This document shows positions 47,481 through 60,500 of a DNA stretch of 64,000 nucleotides, one piece after another. This stretch comes from Fonticula alba ATCC 38817 (Eukaryota > Protista > Nucleariida), in assembly GCA_000388065.2 (NCBI GenBank), contig KB932202.1; one strand, 5' to 3'. Positions within the stretch are counted from its first letter, which is position 1. Every line of letters begins with the position of its first letter. The notes below the pieces were generated by a model. It worked only from the letters and a program-made list of their open reading frames with translations, was not told the DNA's origin and ran no database searches. Position numbers and translations under genes: made by a program.

Positions 47481-48595
47481 ACGGTTGTTGGTTGATGTGT
47501 AGGAATGATGAAGCCCCCTCGTCTCTCGCCTTTCCTCTCCGATGCTCTCATCACCTTGACCTATGTTCCCCCTCCCTCCCCTCCCCCTCGTCTCTTTTCG
47601 TGCGCGTGTGTCGGGGCCGGCACTTTGTCCTTGTTTTCTTGCCCCCCCTCCGCGCCCGGGGTCGGGAACGAAGGAAGAGGGAAATATGGATAAAGGGCAC
47701 GTGCGAGAGGGAGGCAGGGCCCAAGAGAAAGAGAGCAGGGGAAGGGAGCTCAGGCAAGCGCTCTGGTGCGAGGGGAATGCGTGCGCGCCCCCCTCCCCCT
47801 CCCAGCCCCTGTGTCCCTCTCTCTTTCCCTCCCCCTCCCCACGCTATCTCTCCCCTGCACATGTGGTGGTGCCTTTCTGCCCGTCCTCTCTCCCCCTTCC
47901 CCTCCCTCCTCCCTCCTATGCCGCAGTGTCAGAGATAGGCAACCCCCGTTTTAGATCTCACCCTCCCCCCTTCCCCTTCCTGATAATACAAAAACACTTT
48001 CCACAGCCTCCCCCCCTCTCGTCTGGGCGAGCACGCGGCCCTCTTTCTTTCTCTTTCCCCCCCCCCCCCCCTCTCTCTCTCTAGATGAAGGTGTACATTC
48101 TCCCGACACTTCTTGTGTGTGGAGGGATGTGCGGAGGGAGGCGCCGCCACACGCGCAACGCCTCACCCTCTCCATCTGCCCCCCTCCCCGCGAGCTGATC
48201 TCCCCCCTCCCGGCCCGCGTACGGGGTGTGTGTGTGTGGGAGAAAAAAGAAGAAGAGAGGAGGCAGCACATCACACGGTGGAATCTTGGGAACATATTCA
48301 TGTTGGACAGAGTGTTGGCATGCGCACAGGCGGGATATTATCCCCTACTCCCCCCCTCCCACTTCCCGAGAGAGGCGAGGCGGGGGAGCGGCACAGCAGG
48401 GGGGCCGGTGGGCGAAGTAGCGCGAGGAGGAATGCTACACATGCGCGGAGCGAGGGGGATGATGGGGGCGAGGGAAGGGGTCAAGCCGCCGCATGTGGGC
48501 CTCACACACGATAAGTTGGCCATCCACACGCGATCGGAGCGAGATATGTGCGCGCGCGCGCGCGCGAGCGCGGGCACGGCCGCGCAGGCAGGCTG

Positions 48596-48764
48596 CTAGT
48601 GCTCATCAAAAGAGCGGTGGTTTGTGGACTGCTGCTGCTTCAGGCGGCGCTGCTGCCGTGCCCACTCGGAGAACTCACGGAGCTGCTCCTGTTGGTTCAT
48701 CTCGTCCTGGTGGAAGAGAGTCGGTGTGGAGTCTGACCGAAGGTCTATACGTGTTGGCACGCGC

Positions 48765-48803
<39 letters not shown>

Positions 48804-49235
48804 CATGTGGTTAGACAGGTGCGCGTCACACATCCGCGGCAATGCCAAGGGGTGCCGGGGATTCCCCCCCCCCCCGACGTAGGGGAGAGCACCATAAAGA
48901 GGGTGAAAAAGCAAGGGAAGAGGGAGAGGCGGGCCCAAGGTCAGTATGCACATGTTGGTGAGCCTGGCGCGAGTGGATCTCACAGGTACACTTCCAGGAA
49001 GGACAGCATACGTGTTTTTCAGAGACGCAGAAAGGAGGGAAAGCGGGGGGGGGGGGGGGGGCTGGAGGAAATGCATATGTTTGGGAAGGGGCCCCAGAGG
49101 GGGAGAGGGAGCCTCCGGACACAAAGGGGCAGCTCTCCCTTTCCCCCTTTCTTCAATTGTTATGGTGATTTTTCGGCCCCTCCCCCCTCTCAGCCTGCCC
49201 TCCCGCCTTGTTCTTCACATTCTCCCTCCCTCCCT

Positions 49236-49281
<46 letters not shown>

Positions 49282-49913
49282 GTCTCGCTGTCTCGCTGTC
49301 TCGCTGTCTCGCTCGATCTCCCTCTCACGGCCACACGGGCGCGCGTGCGCGGTCCCCCCTCTTTCACCGGCGCTGGTCAGGTGCAGGCCCGGGTCCGAAG
49401 CCGTGAGGCGATGGCAGCCGGGTATGCCGCACTTGACCCCCGCCGATGCGATTGCTGGGTGCCTTGTCCACTCGGGCTTCGGTGTGCAGGTCCATCGAGG
49501 ACCCCAACATCATGGCCCGGTCGGCCGAGGTCACCATGGCCGAGGTGGTAGTCGGGGCCGCGTCGGGATCCTGAGCCCGCGGGTGGGGGCCCCAAGCTGT
49601 GGTGTCTACCGTGAGGCTTGTGGCCACACCCCGGGGCCAACTTGCTGGACCTTCCTCCCGCCGAGAGGCCTGGCCTGTGGGGAGAGAGGGCAGCAGAGAG
49701 AGCGGAAGAGCGGAAGAGCGGAAGAGCGGAAGAGCGGAAGAGCGGGAAAGCGGGAAAACGGGAAATCGGGAAATCGGGAAATCGGGAAAGTGGAAAAGTG
49801 GAAAAGCGGACAAGAGAGGAGGGCAGGTGGGAAGGAGGGCGGGAGAGGACGCATTCACACAGGAGTGAAAGGAGTCTCAGTATGATTTGGGAAGGAGAAA
49901 TGTTCTGATCCAT
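48596..49913 (-). CDS. Probable small multi-exon hypothetical protein; 5' structure uncertain
   Basis: Terminal exon after TATAG| reads [42 protein letters not shown]. An upstream coding-like exon at ~49674-49370 is bounded by CCACAG| and |GTGAAA. Microsatellite-filled introns lie between them. Confidence 0.4.
49700..49811 (+). repeat. Graded 8-nt tandem array, 14 units
   Basis: GAGCGGAA x5, GAGCGGGA, AAGCGGGA, AAACGGGA, AATCGGGA x3, AAGTGGAA x2, AAGCGGAC. Confidence 0.93.
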
Positions 49914-50595
49914 CCGTCACAAGCATGTGTGTGTGTACGTGCGTGTGCGTGCGTGTGTGCGTGTGTGTGCGTGTGCGTGCGTGTGTGCGTGTGTGTGCGT
50001 GTGCGTGCGTGTGTGCGTGCGTGTGTGTGTGTGCTCAGCCGAAGAGTGCCTTCATTTGTGTCCTTGCCTGCTTTCTCCCGCAACATACCCGAAAGCCCCC
50101 AAAATCGGGAAACACACACTTACACACACACATGGACCTTCGCAAGCCCACCCGACCCCCCCCCCCCCCCCCCTCGTATTTGTCCCCCTTGACAGTCCCA
50201 TCCTCCATGACGCCACACAGTGGGCCGGCTCGCGAGACAGACCCCTCGCGCCATGAAGGGAAGGGCCTCAGGCACTCTCGGCGCACTTCCCGGCTCCTCG
50301 CGGATTGCTGCCCCTGGCGTCACACGGGGTAGACAGGAGTATTCAATCCCTCGCCCTGGACATCCACAGCACTTTCTCCTCCTGGGCCTCCCCCCCCCCC
50401 CCCCCGAATGCTCCCCTCAGCACACTGAGGGGAGAGGGGGCCGGAGGGAGAAGAGGAAAGGGCTAAATGGAGAAGGCACGCGCACAGCAAGAAATGCACA
50501 CACACACACACACACACACACACGCTCGCACGCTCACACACTCGCACACATGGACGCATGCACGCTTGCGCACATTGGGGAAGGAGAGAAGGAGC

Positions 50596-50814
50596 TCACG
50601 CACCACGAGACTGTTGCTGAGGAGTAATCCTCCCACCCGCGGTGGTGGTGGACGGCGACTTGCGGTGCGCCTGGGCACGGCGGCGATGGCGGTCATGGTC
50701 GCGAGCCTGGTCATCGACCGGCGGCAGCCCGGCATACCCACGGGCTGATGTCGACGTTGGCATGGTTTGCAAGATGGCATCGGCCTCGGCGTCGGGGCTC
50801 CAGCGCCAGGCACC

Positions 50815-50874
<60 letters not shown>

Positions 50875-52722
50875 CGTGGTGGGACTGTTGCCGGGGTTCG
50901 GAGGGGCGGACATGCGGCGACTGCCAGCCGAGCCGGAGCCCGGCTGGGCGTCCATCTGGTTGGCGCGGCCTGGCGCCGCCTGGGCCGAGGCCGCGGGGGC
51001 GGTGTCATGGCCATGGATGTCGGCCTGCTGCGGGCAGCACTGCTCCTCTTCGTCCGCCCCCCCGTCCGAGTGCTGGGGCCGGGATGGGGCTGCTCCACCA
51101 TGGTGGCCGAAGGTGGTGGCCACATTCTCACACTGAGCCAGCGGATCCAGGTCCAAGCCGCGGCCGCTGTCTCCGGACAGGGAGGAGCTCTGGCTGTCAA
51201 TGCCAGGGTGCTCGGCAGCATGGGGGCTTGTGTCCAGCTCGTCCTCCATCGGGGGCTGGGCAAAGCGCTGGGTTGCCGGATTGCCCGCGCCCGAGGCTTC
51301 GGCGGCGGCGGCGAGGGCGGCCGCGGCCGTCGGCGACACCGGCCCCGAGGGGATCAGCTGTTCTTGCTCCTGCTCCTGCTGCGAAGGGACGAGCGACCGC
51401 GGCTGCTGGCCAAAGGGAATCGACTCACCCGGCGGCCGGAGATGCCCTCCTGCCGGGGGCAATGATGCAGGCATGGCCGAGGGGCGGGGCCCCGGGGCAA
51501 AGCGCCCGCCCGGGCTACCCCGCTGCGCTTCCAGCTGTTGCTGCAGGCGCCCGCGATGGGCCGCATCGCCGGCGCTGAAGGCCGCCCGGCACTCCTCATG
51601 CTGGATGGCCATCTCGTCGTCGGTTCGCCGATGGCATACATGCGAGAAGTGCTGCTCGCCGCCGGGGGGGACCATCCCCGGTTCCGCTGCAGGTGCGGCC
51701 ACCATTGGTGCTGACGTCGCACCGGCGGCCGGGGAATCCCCACGAGAAGCGGGGGCGGCGGCTGCCGCCGGGGGGCCGCCACTGCTGCTCTGCACCGAGG
51801 ACGGCAAGCTTGCCCTTTGCAAATAATCCTCCGAGTCTGGCAGGCCAAAGAGACGCTCCGTGCTGCTGGTCGGCCCGCGGCCATCCGGCGACCGGCTCAC
51901 GTCCGAGAGGACCTGATTGCGGATGCAATTGGTCGGAAGGGAGCAGTTGTGCATATTCCGACCCGGGCCCGGGCTCTTCTTCGATGACAGGGGTGGCAGC
52001 GGGGCCGCCAGCCGGGAGGCCAGACGCGACCCGCCGCTGCCGCCAGTGCCGAAGGCGCTGCCAGTCTGCCGCTGGCACTCGACCAAGACCAACGCATCGT
52101 CATCACCATCAGCACCGGCCGTGACGACCGAGGCATGGATTGCCACACGCTGGGGGGCTGCTGTCATGTCGGGGGCCGGGCGCCGGCCAGAACCGCCCGG
52201 TTGGCTGAGGGAGGTTTGGTGCTCCCGCTGCGAGTGGTGATGATGATGGTGGTGGTGGTGGCGGTGGCGGTGGGGGTCCGGCTGCTGCTGGCCGTCGCCG
52301 CCGTGGGGACGGCCCCGGTGGCGGGCGTCCGCCTCGTCGGCCGAGTGGCCCCGGGTGGCGATGGTGTGGGAGGCTGTCGACCCGGCGGGCGGGGACGACA
52401 GCCTGCCAGCAGCAGCGCCGCCCGGCCCGATCTTGATGACATGCTGGTGGACCGGGCATTCGATCAGGTCATTCAGTTGGTCGGAGGCCGAGCTCCCGGG
52501 GCCCATGCCATCCGGCGCCGTGCCGCTGTAGCAGAAGGGCGAGGAGTTCTTTCGGAAGGGCTTCAGCGACTGGGGCTGATTCGACATCTGGTGAGTCTCC
52601 GAGCAGGGGGACAGCGATCTCGAGGTGGCGAGCTGCTGCACCGGCGGTGGCTGGGCATCTCCCCCCCTGCGGCGGGAGGTGGGGCTGTCCGCCATCACGG
52701 CGAGACCGTACCGGCTGCTGGG

Positions 52723-52761
<39 letters not shown>

Positions 52762-55700
52762 AGTGGTGGTGGTGGTGGCATCGTCAGCACCACCACGACC
52801 ACCACCACGGCGGCTTCCTCCATCACGCGAGGGCTGCTGCTGTTGCTGGGACGGCGGCGGCGGCGGCGGCGACGGCGCCGACGCGTATGCTTGCGACTGC
52901 ATCTGGCGGGCGGCGCCGCTGGGGCCGGCCATCACCGAGCTGCCGGCAGCATCCTCAGCCTGGGGCTGGTGGTGAATCTCCAGGAACCTGTTTCCCCCGG
53001 TGCTCGGGGGCGGGCTGATCCGTCCACCTGCATGGGGACAGGTCGACCCGCGGCCAGGGGACAGCGGCCCGCAGGTGGCCGGCCCGGCCGCCTGCTGGCG
53101 ATGCTGCTGGCACCCCCCCGGGCGCATCGGGCGGAGCTCCATCGGAGTGGCCATCGGGCCGTCTACCAGGCCGTCGATGGTGGCCCCGACCGAGTGGCGC
53201 CGGGCAGCCGGCGACCCGGCCCCTGGCGCCAGGGGGCCCTGGGGCGAGACATTGGCATCGCCATGGCGCCACTGACGCTGCTGCTGCTGCTGCTGCTGCT
53301 GCTGTGCAGCGGCCTCAGAGCCGGGCCCTCTGCCGAGGGTGGGCAGCAATTCGGGATTGGATGTCTGCTTGCGGCCGAGATTGCGCATGACCGTGGCCGA
53401 CGGCTTGACCATGCGCTCGCCTGCGCCGGCGGTGGCGGCGACCGCGGCCGCGGCGGGGCCCGATGCGGCAGAGGCCCCCGGCGATCCGTACGTCGGGAAG
53501 GATGTCCGCCGGGCCTGGGTCGTGGCGGCCGGCGGGTTGCGACCACTTGCCGGGTGATACATTGGGCAGGAGGTCTGCCGAGGATCGCCGGCGGCCATTG
53601 GGCTGCCTCCAGACCCATCGGTGGCGGTGGCGGCCTCGGCCCTGCGCGGGGCCCCGCCCATGGGGCCTGCCGTGGCGGCGGTGCCGGCCGTGGTGGTGCC
53701 GGCCGTCGGCATGGAGGGAGACAGCACCGACGACGAGGAGGAGGACGGCGAGGAGCCCGCACCCGAGGTGCTGGGGGTGTAGTAGCCGCCGCGGCCGCCG
53801 CCGGGACGGGCGTCAGCCCGGGCGCCGGTGGCCGTCGACGAGGCGGGCGCCGCGGCCGCCTGCCGAGCTGGCGGCAGGCCGCCCAGCTGGCGCGCGGCCA
53901 GGTGCGGGTCACCTCCGGTAACCATGCTGCTGCCGCCGCCGGCGGCGGCGTCATTGACGGGCGGCGGGGCCCCGCCCGGCATGCGGGGGGCAGCTTCCGA
54001 GCCGGCCATGCGCCCGGGCGACACCGGCATGGCGCTCGGATCGCCGGCCATGCGGTCCTTGTGGGAGGTCGGGGCCGTGGTGGCCATCGGCGGCGGTGGT
54101 CCGAAGCCAGCGCCACCGGCCGCCGCCGGCGGGAGGCTGTGCAGCTCGCGCAGCGTCTTGTGCTGGGAGGACTGCCGGTCGGGGGCCGGGATCGGCGGCT
54201 GCGGGGCCGGCACGGCCGCCTGGCGGGCATCCTCAATGTGCCCGAAGGCATCGTATTCGTGCATCGGAGGGGTGTCATCCTCGTCGTGGGCCATCATCAT
54301 GGCCATGCGCGAGGAGGCCGGGTCCCCCCCCCCCCGGTGCGAGCCATGCCCATGGCGGTGATGGTGCTGCTGGTGGGGCGCCGGGCGGTCGCCGGCGACG
54401 GCGGCCGCGGCAGCCGCCGCGGCAGCCGCCGCCTCCGCGTCGGCCTTCTCCCGCATCTGCACCGATCGGCGGCGGTGGTTCAGGAAGTCATTGCGCGCCT
54501 CGCAGCGACAGAGGACCGGATCCAAATTGAGGCAGCCGGTGGATGCCGCTGCCCTGCCGGCTGGCCCCCCCCCGGTGGCCAGGTCGGCATCCAGCTGGGG
54601 CTGGCCGCCGGCCTGGCGCTGGGCCCGCTCGAACTCCTCCAGGCAGCAGCACCCCTCGAAGCTCAGCGGCCGGAGCTGCCACCCATGCAGGTACCCGCTC
54701 CAGGAATCGGCATTCAAGGCCTGGCGGCGGTTTTCCGCCTCGCGGTCGGAGGGGTCCTCCACACGGATGAGCTCCCACGAAGACCAGTAGTGCGGGTCCG
54801 GCTTGAGGGTGATCACTCGGGTGCGGTTCTGGAAGTCCACGGTCGTCAGGCGAAGGTAGGTGCTGTCGACATCGGTGTCCACCACCGGCGACGAGGGCGG
54901 CAGGAAGAAGGAGGCCCGGTCGGCGTGCGAGGCCGGCGGCTGGCGATGGTGGCGCTGGGCCGCCTCGTCGTCCTGGCCGGCGGCCGGGGGGAGGCCCCGG
55001 CGGTGGGCGGAGTCCTGCTCCAGCTGGCGCTTGCGCTGCAGGCGCTCATACTCGGCCACACGGCCCTCGGTGGCCTGGCGAATGGCCTCCACGAAGGAGT
55101 CCAAATCCGGGCAGGGGAACCCATCGCAATCGGTGATCCACACCGTGGCACGGAGCCCGTACATCTGGGCCGGCGAGCCGGTCGACCACCAGGACGAGTA
55201 GACCCCCCCGGGGGGGGCCGTGCGCCGGAGCTGGAACACCGGCCGGTGGGGCTGCTGCAGGGCCGCACCAGCCCACAGGATGACACGCTGGGTGCCGATG
55301 GTGTTCACCTCCACCAGGGGAATGCGGAAGGACATGACCAGCCCATCGCGGAGGATGGTCAGCACCACCTTGTTGGGCTGCTGCATGCGCATCGCGGCCA
55401 GGCGCTTGGCGGTGATGTGGCCCCCGCCGCTGCCATTGACGCCGGAGCTGCTGCCGCCGCTGCCGGGGCGCCGGTGCGGCGGCCGCTCGGCCCCCTCGTC
55501 ATCGGCCGCCGGGTAGCCGCCGCCGACCGGGGCGCCGCTCTCATCGTCGGCCGACGAAAAGGCATAGTCCTCCTCGTCGGTCAGCGAAAGGGCCTCCAAA
55601 TCCGAGGCATTCAGGTCCAGGTCGCTGTGATCACTCAGGTCCGAGGCCATGGCCTGGTCATGGAGGCGGAGCCAGGCGCGCTGCTTGCGCCGGCGGTGCT

Positions 55701-56824
55701 CCTCGCGCAGCTGGCGCACCATGTACCCATCGAGGCCGTCGCCGCCCTGGATGCTGGCCCGGCGGGCGGCCTTGGCGGCGATGGTGGCCGCGCGGGCCGT
55801 TGGCGAGGGCGGCGGCTGGCCCGGCGCCGGTCCCGTCACCCCGATCGAGGGGGCCGCCGGGTGGTGGCTGTCCTCGGCGGCCAGGCTGGCCGAGTCCGTG
55901 CTGGAGGTGGGCTGCTCGCGGCGCGAGCGGCGCTTGATCCGCTCGCGACGCTGGCGCCGGCGCTGCTCCCGCGTCTCCAGGTGGAACTGCTCCAGCACGC
56001 CGTCTCCCAGGGAGCCGATCTTGCCGCCGGGCGGGCGGCCGCCAGGGGGGGCACCGGCCCCGGCCCCAGTCGCCTCCCCGGTGGCCCGGAACAGCTCCAA
56101 ATCCGTGCTGCTGCGCCACCCCTCGCGGGACACATCCTCCGGACGGGGCAGGAGCACGGTGTCATCGCACTCAATCCCGGCCGTGAAGTCCCCTTGGAGG
56201 ACACTGTCCAGGGCCCGGGCCGTGGGCACGATGCGGCCATCGCACGCCAGGATCAGGTCGCCCTCGCGCAGGCACATGCTGGCCGGGGTGCTGGCCGCCA
56301 CGCGGCGCACCGCCAGCAGGCTGTTCCGCCGGGGGTTGGCCCGGGCAATGAGGGCCAGCCATTCATCGCTGACGCCCAGGGCGCGGGCATTCAGCACGGA
56401 GTTCGGCCGGACCTCCACCTCCAGGCTGAAGATCTTGGGCACGCGCACGCGCAGGTCATTGGTCTGGCGGCGCTGGCGCCGGTGTTGCTGCTGCGGGCGC
56501 GGCACCCGCTGCCCCGGGTCCGAGTCGTCCATGCCCGACGGGGTCGGGTCATCGAAGTTGGCCGTCATGCGGCTGACCACCGGCTGGATGATGCCGGACG
56601 GGATGCCGGCCCACAGCTGGGCGTCATTGCCGTCGGAGTCCTGGAAGGCGAAGGAGGCCCAGAAGGCCCGCATGCGCCCGGTCACCGGGCACAGCAGGAC
56701 ACCACCATCCGCGCGGGGGGAGTTGTCCACATCCACCACGTCGATGTTGGTGGCGCGGTACCGGGGGGGGTTGGTCTCGCGCAGGAGCAGCTCATAGGAG
56801 TTGGAGATGGTTGTCAGCCGGAAG

Positions 56825-56901
<77 letters not shown>

Positions 56902-57473
56902 TTGTCGGCGCAGGGCAAGGGCACATGGCCGGGGGTCCCCGTGGGGTTTTTGCGCGCCACAGCATCGATGGTCGTCGAAGTTGCGAAGGGAAGCCAGGGC
57001 CGGGCAGGGCAGGGGCGGGGGGAGGCGGCATGAGGAGGTGTTAGAATCGTGTGGGAGACTGGCAGGAGCGACAGGCCGCCGGCAAACCTTCCGCCAATGG
57101 AGGAGGAGAATGCACGGAGGTCGCCACCAGGGGTGGAGGAGAGGAGGGGGAAGGGAGGCAGAGAGACGCACCAACACGCGAGCCATTCAGGCCCACAAAG
57201 AGAACCCTGTCACCCTGCTCCAGCTCGCCGGACGTTTTAAGTGCATCGGCCGAGAGAGCGGCATTGGCCGCGGCCTGGCCGCTGGTGAGGGTGTTTTCCA
57301 GGCGACAGATCTCCTCATCGGAGGCCAGATCGCAGGAGATGGGCACCCGGCCGCATGTCTGACCGGGGAGCTCCATTTCCACCTCCTCCACCGGCGAGTC
57401 CAGCAGCAGACGCGGATCATACTGAATGATGACATAGTTGTGGTTCGGGTGGATGAAAACTGCGCGCGCATGG

Positions 57474-57520
<47 letters not shown>

Positions 57521-60500
57521 GGCGGCAGCAGCAGCAGCATGGTGTCAGGTCACCATCCATCCCCACGGTGTGCGTGTGTGCGTGTGTGCGTGTGTGTGCG
57601 GTGAGTACACAGGTTGGCCGGGGGAGAAAATGGCAGGGCCGGGAAAAGGAAAAAAAGCCCCACACACAGCCTGGCAGGCAGCCCACACAGGAGCACGCAC
57701 CAATACGAGCCGGGAGCAGGATCGACGCGGCGAAGGAAACCGTCACATCTCCCAGGGCGATGGGCACGGTGTTGGTGTCACACATGACCAGGCCCTTCTC
57801 CTTGCTGACGATGACACCGGTGCCATTGAACCGCGTCCCATGGACACCATCGATGGCGTACGGGCAGCTGAAGCCCACGGTGACCAGGGCGCGCACCGTG
57901 CGCTCGGCCTCCGGCGGCATCTTGGCGCTGGTCTGCGGGAAGGTGACCACCGCGGCCTCCGGCATCATGGGCGGCAGCGCCGGCAGAGGGACCTGATGGC
58001 AGAGCCAGGTCCCGAGGCGATCATCGCGCACCCACTTTTCCAGCGGGTGCCAGCGCCGGTCGACCACGATGATGGTGGCGCAGGCGCGGTTCAAATCCCC
58101 GAGCGACACAAAGCGCACCGGCACCCGGGCCCCATCCGGCAGGGCGCTGAACACCCGAAGCCACTCGTCCAGCGTCGGGGTGGGCATGTTGTCCAAGTGG
58201 GTGATCACATCATCCGAGCTGAGCCCGGCCATGGACAGCATGTAGCCCGAGGAGGCGATGTACACGCCGCCCACCGGCACCGAGTAAGCCCGGGCCATCT
58301 GGTAGGACAGGGTGTGCACAATGCCGCCCGACACACTGACAAACCGATCCGGGGTAATCTCATGCAGGTCGCCCACTCGGACATTGATCAGCTGCGAGGA
58401 GGGGGACGCCCGCAGGGTGCTGACCAGGTCCACCTCGGCATTTGTCAGCATGCGCCCGGTGAAGGGGTTCTCGATGGCCGACGGCAGGAGGTCCAGGTCC
58501 AGGCCGCTGCTGCTGGCATCCGGCCCGGCGCTGGCCTCGTTGGAGCTGGTCGGCGGCGTCGCCGACTGCAGCCGGGCCCAGGTGTCGGCCGCATGGCCAT
58601 GGGCCGCGGCATGGTCCTCGCCCTGCTGCTCAGCCCGGCCCGGGTCGTCGTCGCCGGGGTAGCCGCCGGCGCCGGCGGCCGCGTCGGCCGGAGCAGCCTC
58701 CTCGGGCGACTCCAGGCTGGCCTGCATGCCGGGGAAGGGGGGCAGGCTGCCGGTCCCGTCGGCCGGCAGCCGGGCCAGGCGCTGGCCACCGCGGTCCACC
58801 ACGATGGCCACCTCCTGGCCGACATTGTCATCGAGGATGGACTCCAGGGTGACGAAGTCCACCACAAGCTGGCCATTGATGGCGATCAGGACGTCGCCCG
58901 GGCGCAGGCCGGCCTGGTCGGCCGGCCCGCCGGGGATCAGCTCATCCACCACCAGCATGCCGGTGGCACTGGGCCGCGCCCGGCGGACGCGGCGCTCGAC
59001 CATGGCCGGCAGCCCCAAGCGACGGGCCTCATCGAAGGGCTGGTGCACGAACACCGCCTGCAGGGTCCCGCGCGGGATGTGGATCTCCCCCTGCTCAAGC
59101 AGGCGGAGGGCCCGGGCCACGCGGTCCAGCGGCACATAGTACGAGGCGGCGGCCTTGCGCTGGCCACCGGCATTCAGGGCGATCGCGTGGCCGGAAATGT
59201 CCAGCACCGGCGAGCCGGAAGACCCGCCCGAAGTGCCGGAGCTCGCCTGGATGTAGAAGGTGTTGAAGTCGTTGTACCGACCGAGGCCGTAGTTCGGGGC
59301 CTGGCGGTCCAGCCGGGCGATGGTGCCGGCCAGGATGGACAGCTTCTCGCCGGCGTCATTGCCGACGACGCGGATTTCGCAGCCCACACGCGCGCGCTCC
59401 GGCGACAGGGGAATCGCCTCGGCCCGCTGGTACCGGAGCTTCTTCGGGTCGAAGCGCAGGAAGCCGAAATCATGTACCGGGTCCCGGTACACCGGCCACA
59501 CCGGCAGCTCCTCATGGTCATGGAAGATGGCCTCGGCCGTGATGGGACCCGGCGTGACAACATGGCGGTTGGTCAGGATGATGCCCATCTCGGCATTGAC
59601 CACGAAGCCGGTTGCCTGGGAGGAGGACGCGCGCTCGGTGTCGAAGGACCGCACGAGGTTGATCCTGCGCCGGGTTGCGGCATCAGCGGGGCACAGGGAG
59701 GGAGGGAGGCAGGTGCGGGCGTTCGGTCCGGCGGTGGGCAGCGCATGGGGGGCGTGCCGGTGCCGGGTTGCATGGGGGTCATGATGATGATGATGATGAT
59801 GGAGGAGGAGGAGGAGGAGGAGGAGGAGGAGGAGGAGGAGGAGGAGTCGGCCCCAGGGGCGCGCCGGGGGGCGCACGGCGGCGGAAGGCCGGGGCACGGA
59901 GGGGGGTCATGATCATACCGGCAAGTCAGGATACCGACAGGCGACAAGGGGGCAGGGAGGGGGGGGGGGGGCACGACGAAGGAAGAGCCGGGGGAGGAGG
60001 GACATGCCCCCCCGGGGACAGGCAGGACACACGCACCGCAGGGACACCACCGATTGCACACAGCGCCGGAGGGTGGACTCCCAGTTCTCCACCACATTGC
60101 CGGTGGAGTCCATGGCAGCCCGGGCGCAAAAGTGCAGCGTCGCATCGCTCAGGTCCACCTCCAGCAGGGAGTCCGTGCTGGACACGGCGCCCAGCTGGTC
60201 GGGATCGGTGGCCGGCTGGCCGGAGATGGCCTGGCGCTGGCGCGACTGTATGAGATTCAGCTTGGCCGGGCTGTGGACCGAGGAGGCGCCGGCCCCAGCA
60301 GCAGCCCCGGCGGTCGCGGCCTTGTGCCGGCCCAAGGGCGGGGGGGAGCTGACGGTTGGCTGGGCCGGCAGCCGGGCGGCAGGAGGCCGAGGAGCGGCGG
60401 CGGCGGCTTCCTGCTGCTCGGCAGCGCCCTCGCCAGGGTGGGCCTCCGGCGTGGGGTAGGCCTCACGCGGGGGAGGGAGATGCGGCCCGGCCGCAGGGGC

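Noticed and set aside
52135-56901. 1588-aa plus-strand ORF
   Set aside because: Antisense shadow of the GC-rich NMA111 exon.
57438-59912. 824-aa plus-strand ORF
   Set aside because: Antisense shadow of the NMA111 protease exon.
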